DNA from: Vermamoeba vermiformis
Taxonomy: Eukaryota
NCBI GenBank assembly: GCA_045837725.1
Contig: JBEWZL010000078.1
Span: 62,001-126,000 of the forward strand
Direction of reading: 5' to 3'
DNA: 64,000 nucleotides
The notes beneath the pieces were generated by a model. That model worked only from the letters and a program-made list of their open reading frames with translations. It did not search any database and had not been told where the DNA came from. Every line of letters begins with the position of its first letter. Position 1 is the first letter of the stretch. The position numbers were made by a program, and so were the translations under genes. Shown here one piece after another: positions 14,622 to 26,297 of the stretch.

Positions 14622-17600
14622 ATGAATAACCTCAACGCGATTGTACGTATATGGTCATATAATATGCATGCCCAATGCACGATGGGACTCGTTGTCAGGT
14701 CGTGATCGAACTCACCCACCAACCTTTGTAGGGCAAGAAGCAAGGGCTGATTCATCTGCGCGGCAGTGTGGTGATCGACGCCAAGAAGAACAAGTTTCAG
14801 CCTGTCTACGTCGTCGTCGATCAAGCCCTGCTCTGGTATTACAACAAGGATCATCTGCCTGAGAAGGTAAGCAACTTGGCTTTAATACGATTAACTTACT
14901 CATAGCCCGTATTATAATATTAATTGATGCCATTCGTGTTGTTTGATTTCGAAATTCTTGCGGTTCAAATCCGCAGAAAATCTTTTTTTGTTGGTGGTTG
15001 AATTCGCCAGTTAGTACGAGTACATGAGTCAGTATTGCTCGTATTATTCGATTAATATTAATGTAAATTCAATGTAATCTCAAATTTAATTGCAAAACAG
15101 AAGATTTTTTAAAACCTTGTGATTTGATTGATAGGCGGAGGATCCGGTCGAAATAATTCAATTGTTCGGCAAAGAGCTGGATACCAGTGTTAAGAAAGAG
15201 GGCACGCACCAGTTCTTATTTGATTTAGTCAGCAAGGCAGACAAAAAGTGGCGGATCTCATTCAGTTGCGACAGCGAGGCCGATAAAAACATGTGGCTGC
15301 GCGCCCTCCAAGAGGGCATCAATCTGTGTACGATATATATATATATGCCTATAGTACTATACTACCCTGCTAACTGTCCACTGCTAGCTGCGACGAGTAT
15401 CTTCAACACGACGGTGAATGACGCGTGTTTGAAAGCGAATCAAAATGTGCCCGTGCTGATGGAGAAGATCATCGAAGAGCTCAAGACTAGTACGCATTGT
15501 CATACATACATAGATATACATTTATATACATACATACTTAATATGCTGTATTAACACCTTGGCAACCAGAGCTCGACACCGAAGGATTGTTCCGCGTGCC
15601 TGGCGGTCAGACGGAAATTCTCAAGCTCAAAGACGCATTCGACAAAGGTACGTCATTGACACGTGTCACTTAGACCTCGACACTCACCGTTCATGAAACA
15701 GCTGAGTCCGTCGAGATGAAAGACAAAGATCCGCACCTCTTGACTGGCACGCTCAAACTCTATTTGCGCGAAATTTCCGATCCTCTGTTCCCGATTGCCT
15801 TTTATGACAAATTTGCAGCTGCTTCAACAGGTAATCTATTGCGACAATTCCAATGACAGGTGTCAAACACTGACCTCTGCCAACAGACAAGAACACCGTA
15901 GCGAACAAACTGAAAGAAATCGTCAAAGAACTGCCCAAGACCGTGCGCATCTCCATCGCGTACATGATTGGCGTGAGTGTCACGTGATCGTATTGCTATA
16001 TTTAGTAACTGACCATCGGCTAGTTCTTGAAAGAAATCAGCAAACACAGTGCCAAGAACAAGATGGAGGTCAGCAACATTGCCATCACCATTGCGCCCAC
16101 TATATTCCGCAAGGCTGAGAAGGAAGAATGTGCGTCGTGATTGCCTAATTTAGTCATTGCCAATACTGACCTTAATTCCTGCAGCCAAAGTGGCGTCCAT
16201 GGACTCGCTGAGTGTGATGACTGCAGCGAATGTGATCATCGAGTCTATGATCGTCAATTACGATCAGATCTTCAGCCCTGAAGAGGTCAAACAGTTCCGT
16301 GTAAGTCTCACCTTGACACCTGTCAAATCACGCTCTATCTCATGCAATCTCGCAGGATCCATTGCGCGACCCTGAACTCGAACGCACGCGCAAGAGAACG
16401 AGCATCACTGCCACGGAGAAGCGTAAGTGACACTGATGCGCATGACACGTGTCAAACACTGACCCGTACGCTGCAGCGGTGATTGAGCCCGTGCTGAAGC
16501 AGCACTACGAAGACATTGAGCGCGTGTTCATGATGCGCGGCACAGCCAAGACCCTCAACACCAAGGGCGCATTCGACGAGCGCATTGTAGTTGCAGGCAC
16601 GCACCGCTGTTACGTGTTCCAAGTCGGAGGCAAGCTCGAATTTGACGTGCACTACATGGACATTGTGGCACTCTCCACACCGACCCGTGCTCGCGTGCGC
16701 ATCGAATATCGACCGCCCAACAGCACTGATCCGAAGAAGACCAATGAGCTCGTGATTCAGCCCTCGTCCTTCGCCTCCTTCGACATTGACTTCTTCGTGC
16801 AGGCCGTGTGTCAGTCTTATCAGTCCAACTTCATTGGCATGCCACGTGATCTCAAGTTCAAGCTCGAAATTGAACCTGATGCTCGCAAGCAACAGATCCT
16901 CAACGGCATTGCTATTCCTGGTAATACATAGACAGGCCATTCATGAACGAATATTGTAACTGACACGTGTCACAGATGTCAACCAGGGCTGCGGAGGATT
17001 CGTGCAAACCTATCGCACCGTGTGTGACTACTACAACGTGCCGCCACAAGAGAATGTCGTGTGGGACTTGGAGAACTTGTTCTACAACAACGACGTGTAA
17101 GTGCGGCTATTTTTAGCTCATTTTGTTGTCCATTCCACTGACCAGTCCTTAGAAAATCATTCAATCTGTCCGAGTTCATTCAAAAAGACAAGTATCCCAA
17201 TCCTGAATATCAAACACTCATCACTTCACTCGCACACAATCTCTGGTTCAATTCACTCATCATCGACGGACAGAAGCTCGGCAATGACGGCATTGCAATG
17301 CTGGCCAATGTGCTCAAGACCAATCAAGGTCTGCGCGTGCTGCACTTGAAGAATGTGGGTGCCACCAAGGACTCCATTGCACAGCTGTTCGATGCCATGG
17401 CGCAGAACAAGCTGCTCAACCTCGCTGATATTGACGTCTCGAACAACGGCATTGAAGTGAGTAGCGTTATTGTTGCAGTGCTCTGATTGACACGTGTCAT
17501 TCACAGGACAAAGGTGCGCAGTCGATTGCAGACTTCTTGGCCAAGTACGACAAGCGACTGCACGCGCTCGACATCTCGAACGGCAACATTGGCAAGAAGG

Positions 17601-19286
17601 GCATGATGGCCATCTTCGAGTCGATGCAGAAGAACACGCAGATCTGTGCCGCGCTCAAGAAGCTCGCGATTGCCAACAACAAGTTCGATCAAGAGAGCTC
17701 GCGCAAGTTGGGTCTGCTGCTCGGCAAAGCACAAGCCCTGCGCGAACTCAACTTGTCGAACACACAGCCGACCTATCTGTTCATCTGTGCCTCGCTGGAG
17801 AAGAATCAGACTATTCACACCATCAACTGCTCCGAGAACAAACTGCCCGCCAAGGAACAGAAGGACTTTGTGCAGTTTGTCAGCCAGTTGCAACAGCTGC
17901 GACAGTTGAACGTGTCAAACACTGGTCTGACAGCTGAGACCCTGATCGATGTGTTGAAGACGGTGAAGACCATTCAACTGCTCGACATTAGCGACAACGA
18001 ACAGCTCGGCGATGAGGGTGTCAGTGCACTCTGCAACTTCTTGACCAGTACGTAGTGATTGATCGTAGGCCTCGGTCGTGCGTTCGCTGATCGATTTGTC
18101 CGCGCAACAGGTGAAAAAGCAGCGCCGAACTTGACGGAGCTGAACATGAATCGACTGTTCACGCGTCGCACCAAAGACCGACAACAAGCGATCATTGGCG
18201 TCTCGAATCTCATTCAAAACAGCAACATTGCCAAGCTGCGCATGACTGGTGGGGCCAAGTCACAGCTCAAACAGGTGCGTATTCGGTTATATAGAAATAT
18301 ATACTTCCTCGTCATAGCAGTATATTCACGACTCATAGGACTTGTTACCCTTCGTGTTCAATCTCATCAACAACAATACACTGCGCGTGCTCGACATCTC
18401 ATCGCACGCAGTCGGTGATGGTACGTGCTATATACCCTACGAGTGCTGCTATAAATAACTCACACGCTTGTCAGCTCTCGCCATTGCTCTCGCCAAAGTG
18501 TTGCAGCACAACCGTTCACTGCACACGCTGTTCTGGGACGACAACGAAGTGACACTCAGCGGTCTCAAGGTACGTGATTTGACACCTGTCACACGAGTTC
18601 AGTACTGACGCCCGTGACAGATCTTCAAGATTGGTCTGGAGCGCAACAAGACAGTCAAGAAGATGCCTCTGCCGCTGCTCGATCTCGCGAACATCATCAA
18701 GGGCGATCAGTCCACTGGCCCTGGTCGACAGTCCTCGTCGACTGATCTGCCTGAAGTGCTGCGTCTGGCCAATGAAGTCCAACAGCTCGTGTTCGACAAT
18801 GCCCTGGCCACACTCGATGCCAACACGGGCTACTCGGACAGTTCTGAAGAGGAGCGTCGCGACACGGCAAGCGCGGGCGAGTCGAATTCAGGCTGGACCG
18901 TGCTCTCTCCGCGCCCTGCTCCCGGCACTGCCCCCGCACACTCTGCACCCACCACACCGCGCGGCGCACCGCCCACTGCTAATCGTCCCGCCAATCTCGC
19001 GGCCAGCGCTGGATCTAATCCGCTCAACAAACCCAAGATCGGTCCTGGTGCCCCGAAAAAGATGCCTATGAATGCCAATAACAACAGCAATCCAGCTCCG
19101 AATCCCAATGTGCAACCAGTGCTCACACGACGCGAGTCTACGACTAAAGTCATCGACACGACCAGTCTGACGCGCGCCAGTCTCTTGTTTGGCAATCTCG
19201 CTGAGGCATTGGAGAACAGGTCAGACCTGACCAATGAGGAGAAGCGCGAGATGAAGAGCGCACTGAGCGGTGTTAAAGAAGAATAA
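14622..19286 (+). CDS. PH - RhoGAP - CARMIL-like (PH-linker-LRR) protein with Pro-rich tail, multi-exon
   Basis: PH (LWYYNKD...SCDSEADKNMWLRALQ). RhoGAP (VPVLMEKII, TEGLFRVPG, TLKLYLREISDPL, NKMEVSNIAITIAP). CARMIL-type linker GCGGFVQTYRTVCDYYNVP, ribonuclease-inhibitor-like LRRs and C-cap LHTLFWDDN...LERNKTVKKMPLPLLD. Confidence 0.85.
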
Positions 19287-19671
19287 GCACTATCCGCTCT
19301 TCATTCAAGCTTCAGATTTGAGAATTTCGGTTTGGGTTGCACGTTGTACAAATCAGATCGGACTTCCTTTTGTTTTATTACGTAACAGTACGAACTGTAA
19401 ATTAGTAGGTGCTGTTTATAAACTTCATCTAATGTTTTGTTGTCATCAGTTCCTCTCCGTGCAGTAGAAATGTCGCACGAAGTCAATTCCCGCGGATTTT
19501 TTAAAATAAAACTAGCCGTTGAATGACTAGTGGCCGGTCAAGTTAGCCTATACAACAATTACATTAAATAAATCCACCAAAATAAAGTGATAACCATCAC
19601 AAGCGATATTGCCGTTACGCATTTCAAATTCACTTCGTCATTTTTTTAATTGAACAATACAGAACAACACA

Positions 19672-22570
19672 ATGGAAAGCAATGCTCGCGAACCTTGTTG
19701 CTTATCTACGAAGTCTTGGTGTGCCGCGTATGCCAATGCATTCTCTAAAGAAAAGCTGAAGCCGGATTATGGGCAGCGCATACAAACACCAAACAAACCA
19801 ACCGATCCGAACGTGCGAGGTTCGAGCTCTGCTGGTACATAATAAATCAATATGCAACGTAAGGCTAATCAACATTTGTAGAGCTACAGAGTCTTTTAAG
19901 CGATTTGAACCTAATAACCCCAGAGAAATTAGCAAATTACTCTAAGGTGGTTTATCTTGCATCGAAATTCAATCAGTATTAACCTTACTATTAGTCTCTT
20001 TCACTTTCCAGCACTACTGACAAGTTTACATCCCCAGCATTTAACAGCTCTACTCTCGAGGCCTACGGCATCGAGTTCTTAAGTGATGTGGGCAGCGATC
20101 TAGCAAAGAAGGGCTTTGAAGACTTTCCGTTCGTTATGTGTGCGAGAGAGCTCCCTTTGGTCAAAGCGTCTTTTCTGCACGACGATATCGGGGACTATAT
20201 GCTGCAGAGACTCATCAAAGAGGCTGCAGATCCCAACAATGTACGTTGCACATGCATATATGATGTCATTATAACGCGTATTAGATCTCTCAGGGATACA
20301 ATGTGCATTGGCGAGAGAAGGACTCCACCTTCCGTCTCACCAACTCGAACGTGGGCCTGGACTGGAGTGCGGAGTGGGAATTCGATGATGTCCTTGGAGG
20401 GACTCGTAATAACCTCATCAACATCTTTTTGAGCGAGCTTGTGTTTTCTTTTCGCTCAGCCGAGGAGGACAATCGGCCCATCCGAACTTTAGGCAATCGC
20501 CTTTTCTTCCACACCACTGGGTAAGTTACTGTTATCATGTAGCGCATCTTACTCATCCTTAAATAGGAATAACAACCCAATGCGAGACGACAGGCAAACG
20601 AAGATCCGTTGTAACGAGTTAAAACCAGACTTCGTTGCCGGTCCTTTCCAGTACTGCAACGGCTCGGTCGTTTCCATGCTCAGCTCATCTCCGTTGGAGG
20701 AGATATCAGCTTTCCTATCCACTCTGAAAAGAGTGCCAGGCACGACGGTACATCCGCTACCTTTTGTTGTCGGAGAACTCAATAAGCAAGGAACAGGGAA
20801 TAGAGCCGAAGACGTGTAAGCAGCGACACACTCAATTATAACATGCTTAATTAGATTGACTTAGGTACAAAGTGTTTGTCGAGATGGCTGTCTTGCGCAC
20901 GATCCACGAGGCCTTTTTTGAGAAGCCACCAAAGTACACGTTCGGCATTCATCAAGTGCAGCACGAGTGGAGGCTATTCGCAATGACTACAGCAAATGAT
21001 CCAGAGCAGCCTTGGAAGAGATTCAATGTCGCAGAGGTGTTTAATGGCAACGACTCGACTGAACTAGGTGCAGCCTGCATCGCTATTGTCATGCTTCGCT
21101 TGGCAACTTACTTACTATGGCAACTGCAAGGCCTTACCCTAGTGTCTAAAGACCAGCAAGAATTTCTGCGTGGCATCTACGGCGACAACACTACGAGCAA
21201 CAAAGAAGAGAGCCACGACATAGATGATAACAACGAGGTTGATGGAGCCGATGACGACAACAATGCCGATCATACGGAGAATACTACGACCTACACAGGA
21301 CAATCAAATCAACGCGCTCCAAACAATGCCACTGGAGGCTCTCAACAACGTTCCAGGCTTACGAACAACTCATCTGCCACGCCTCTCTTGTCTGAAATTC
21401 GCCACGTAAGTATTTGCTCATTTTGCGAACAGTTTGCTAACATTCGTCAACCGTAGCTATCCGACAACATTTACCTGGCAAAATACCAGGGCGAAGAGTG
21501 CGTTGTCAAGGTTGGAGAAAGACGCAAAATCAGGCGCGAGTGGCATTGCTACAATCTGCTACAAGGTTCGTCATTGATTTTGCCGGGAATTGTACCTCTG
21601 ACGCACTTATTAGGATCTCCTTATGTCGCCAAGATGTTCGCTGCCTACAAGGCCAACGATACTCACGATTGTTTAATTTTGAAACAATACAATCCATTGC
21701 CGATTGCCACCTCGCCAGAGGACGTATTGTTAATTACTGAACAATTGCTACTCGTACGTATTTATGCCAAATATCTGCAAGAAGGTTTTTTAACAACTCA
21801 TCTCAGATTCTTGCCGAAATGCACGCGCTCGGATTAGCGCATCGCGATATTAAGAACAGCAATATCGTGTGGGACGAAGAGAGCAAGTGCATCAAACTCA
21901 TCGACTTCGAGACCTGTGTGCGTGTTCCTCGTGGTGCGTATTTCAAAACTAGTTGCGGAACAGAGTTGTTCAAAGCACCAGAACAACTCGAAGGACGGTG
22001 GTGCTCGCCAAACATCGATGTCTTTTCTGCCGGGTTGGTGTGTGCTGCCATGGTACGAGGCCAATCACAACCTCTTTAACGCTAACATTGTTGAACAGAT
22101 GTATGGCGGACAAATCAGCACAACGGACACACGTGAGGGTGTGCTTACAGCTATCGAGTTGTCGTTCGAACTTGACTCCCCTGCGTTTGTGAAATCTTTG
22201 TTGCGTGAGTGAAACAGCCGCTATGTACCCCCTTGCTAACTGCTTCAAAGCGTTGTTTCAACGAATGACCGCTGCAAATCCGATCGAGCGAATCTCAGCC
22301 ATCGATGCCCTCGGATTGTTTAGAGCTACTAGCATGCTGATTGCAAGTGAAAGGCGAGCAACAACAGCTCATAATTTGAGTGCCAAGTCGGGACTAGCAC
22401 CTGTCAAGCCAAGCTCCCGAGCAACAGTTAGGCAGAGAGAAGCGCGCATTAAGCCAAGCTCTCAAACAACCGCTAAAGCCCAACCTTCAAAGCAGCTCAA
22501 TGTAGCCAAAGCCCACTCTTCGGTACACTCTTTGGTGCCCAGTCACGATGACAAGGAAAACCAGCACTAA
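19672..22570 (+). CDS. Atypical protein kinase with N-terminal PD-(D/E)xK-like (REase-like) region, multi-exon
   Basis: Kinase motifs CVVKV, HRDIKNSNI, LIDFE, CGTELFKAPE, DVFSAG, PIERISA. Upstream exon LKPDFVAG...LPFVVGELNK. Start and N-terminal exons uncertain. Confidence 0.7.
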
Positions 22571-22948
22571 CTGGCTAAATCAGAGACAACGACCGGACAA
22601 CCTACGGATGCGTTCAGTAATAGTGGTGATTCGAATCGCATTACTGGCCGCAAAAATATTGTTTCTTGAGTTATATGTAATTTTTATTGTACAGACTGTA
22701 AATGCTGTAAACCGCACCTACAATTAGCAGTTCAAAGAATACTACGAAATACCATCCCAGGTTCGGTGATCAGTGCAATTGACTTATTTGGAAGCGAGAA
22801 AACAGTTGCAAAGCATGATCACGTGGGTTTTAATTTAGGTGAAAAATTCACAACCGCTCCTCCGTAATTATAATACGTATTAATTAAAACACGACGCCAC
22901 GGACGGGCGGAGCAAACTATGCGCGAGGAATAGCGACAGACAGCACGA

Positions 22949-25647
22949 ATGAAGAGCTTCAAAAAGGGTCTGCGATCCTTCATTACCTTCGAATTCCTGC
23001 GGCCCCGCAAGCCCGTGGTGGAGTTGAATAACGACGACTTTTCGGAGGAAGAAGTGGCGGCAAATGAAGCGGATCTGCAACCTGAGAGTCCAGTGATAGG
23101 TCAGCTAATTAGACAGAAGAATCATAAAGATATTGAAGAGGCCATCCGAAAGGGAACTCTGCGAGTATCACGTCGAAAAGCCACAAATGCAGAGCGGGTA
23201 AGACAATCAAGGTTGATGTTGCGGTGTCTGATATTTAATTTGTGCTTATTTAAATATGCGCGAAATTTGCTATCAATTTTAATTAGCAAAATCAATGTGG
23301 CCGTTAGGCCTATTTGACAGAGGATTATATCAGATTTTACATTTGCTTTTTAAACTATAATTCATCGATTGTTATTGAAGGATTTTTGGGATGAAGCGAG
23401 TGAGATGGAAGATCCAACCCCACACAGACAAGCGCACAAAGGAGGCTCTTCTGCTCGGTATGAATATCATTAAGTTGATGAAATATTAATTCTCCATTGT
23501 TATAAGAAGATTTCCTGTGCATCTGAAATTGAACCATTAAATTTCAATTTTAAGTTACGCTATTTGTTGTATATTACAATGTCATGCTCGACGGTGACTA
23601 ATAGCACCATTAATGCAGTGAAAAGAGACCTAAGAAAGGACTGCCAGCGATCAGTGAGGACAGCGAGAGCAGATCTTCAGTGCGGAGTGGTGCCGCGACA
23701 GCACGAGGTCACAAGCCACGGCTCGACGAGTTATTCCACCGCGACAGTAGTGAGGGACAGCTGTCAGGGCCCAGCAGCGCTGAAGGTCATCGATCAGGGC
23801 CACAGAGCGCTGAGAACAGCTCTGATGACACGGAGCGGTCAGAGGGCAAGACACGTGTCAAAGGTCACCACCGCGGCCGATCAGTGCCTAATAAGGCAGG
23901 TCTCATGCAAGCCAAAAAAGGTAATTGTACAATGCCCATAGACACACTCTAACGAGCTGTTCAGTGAACTCGAAAGAGAAGCTCAATGTGCCATCGACCT
24001 CTCCGAAGAGTGACGTGCCAAAAATAGAAACACCCAACAGCACTGAGAAGCGCGTCGTTGACAAAAAAGATAAAAGCAAAGACAAAGAGGACAAAGATGT
24101 CAAAGAGAAGGATGTCAAAGATGTCAAAGAGAGTGCTGCAGCCAAGACCGTGCACAAGCGACCAGGACACCGTCGCGTGGCCTCAGAAGCGATCAGTGCC
24201 AAGGATTTGGTCAAGAAGACTATTCCAACCCTGCCCGCCATCACCACGGACACGAGTCACGTGCTCAAGTCCGACAAATCAGAGAAGAAAGACAAGGACA
24301 AGAAGCTCAAAGACAAGAAGAACAAAGTCAAGTCCAACACGCTCAAAAAGAAGAGCAGTGATTCAGCTGAGCTGGCCAGTGCGCGCAGTGAGAGCAGTGA
24401 ACACAGCGAGGCCCTGGTTGAGAGTCCCAGTTCAGTGAAAGCACAGCAGTCCGAGCCACTCATGCACGCTGCAGAGCCGAGTCTTGTGCCCAGTCGCACG
24501 AGTGCACCAGAGCTGAAGACGAGCGATGACGGTGCCGGCAACAACATGGCTGTCGAGCTCGTGAAGCGCATTGGCAAGGGTGCGACAGCAACTGTGTGGC
24601 AGGGACTGTTGAATGGCCAGCCCGTCGCACTCAAACAGGTGCACTTAGGGGTACGTCGTGCGTGAGGGCTCGTGGCAGAACTAACGTGCTATATTTAGAA
24701 CTTGAGCAAAATTCAAAAGTTGAAAACACGCAACAAACACAAAGCAGAGCTGGATCTGCTGAAACAACTCGATCACCCGCACATTATCAAGTACGTGCTT
24801 ATTTGGCTATTTTTTAATGAGTGTTGATGGCTAATGTACTTGCAGATACTACGGCATGTACTATTCACGCGCACAACAACAGCTGAATGTGGTGATGGAA
24901 CTGATTGAAGGCGTGACATTGACCGAGCTCGTCTTGTTTCAAAAGACCAAACGACTCGCTGAGCCCCTAGCGCGCCATCTCCTGACTGCCCTGCTCGAGG
25001 CACTGAGTTACCTGCACCGCGCTGGCATTGTGCACCGTGACATCAAGCCCGACAATGTGCTGCTCGATCAAGAGGGCCACATCAAACTGATTGACTTTGG
25101 CACTGCCGCGCAGATCATCGACCAGGGCCAGCGACGTCGCAGTGCAGTAGGCACACCGTGGTACTGCGCCCCCGAAGTCGTGAATGCCGAGTCCACGCTG
25201 GAGGGCTATGCGTGCAGCTGCGACATTTGGTCCCTCGGCTGCACTGCACTCGAGTTAGTGACCGGCAGACCACCCTACGACGATCTCAACGACATTGCCT
25301 GTCTGTTCAAAGTCGCCGAGGCCCAAGTACCGCCCATTGCGCGCGAGTTGATGAGTGACAAGTGCTACGAGTTCATTCGTCGCTGTCTCGAGCCTGACAG
25401 CACACTGCGGCCCTCAGCGGAAGAACTGTTGCAAGACCCGTTCATGCGCAGCGCGGAGGAGGCAGAGGTCAGCGCGCAGTTGAGTCACACCGTGCAGCAC
25501 ATGTTGGAGGCCAAGCGCATGCTCGAAGAGGCTAAATTGCAAGCCAAATTAGGCAATGACCGACCGGGCGTGACCAGTGCGGAGATGGAGGGAGATATTC
25601 TCGCTCAGGGCACTAGTGACGAGCCTGTCAAACGGAAGTCTCTGTGA
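22949..25647 (+). CDS. STE-group (STE11/Cdc15-like) Ser/Thr kinase with long charged N-terminal region, multi-exon
   Basis: IGKGATATVW, VALKQ, HPHIIKYYG, VHRDIKPDNVLL, IKLIDFGTA, VGTPWYCAPEVV, CDIWSLGCTALELVTGRPPY, RPSAEELLQDPF. Confidence 0.9.
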
Positions 25648-26297
25648 CATTATCACTCATTTGACACGTGTCACAAATTGCGTTGTAATTTTTGTTTTGT
25701 CTTCTCTGGTGAAGTCCAGAGTGTTGTAATTAGTACTAAACCCGCTGTTAATAATCACTCGTCTCGATGAATGCTGCACTCGACTTGCAATATCCGCAGC
25801 AACAGACACCTGTCACTTTTTGACATGTGCTGTTTTTTTTGCAATTCAAACCTACACGCCTCCCATACCAATTATATATCCATAGTAATAACAATAAGCC
25901 ATTCTATTGATGGCTTTGTGACTTGTCCTTTGAGATCTGCAACAATTGGATAGAATGTCAACGGTAAACAATACTGCCATTATTTATTTCCTTTCATTGA
26001 TTAGAAATACTGATTCGCGTTTATTAATACAACTTAAAGGACGATAAAATTAAAGATAAGGAGAAAGATAAAGAGAAGAGTGGAGCCGGTGCTTTCTTTT
26101 CCAAAATCGTATCTGTTGTAAAGAAAAAGCCCGTAAGTATATCGTAGTAATCGATCGACTGTGCATCAATAGATGACAGTTGAACTATTAATATATAGCT
26201 CAGTTTATGAAACACGTAATAATCGTGAATTTCAACTGAAACCAAATTACAGCAGTAATTCCGAGTTCAATAATAACCGCGAGTATATCAAATTAAT

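Noticed and set aside
14959-14975. Perfect T-arm-like hairpin TGCGG-TTCAAAT-CCGCA in an intron
   Set aside because: No acceptor stem, D-arm or anticodon arm nearby, so not a tRNA gene; an isolated B-box may be chance.
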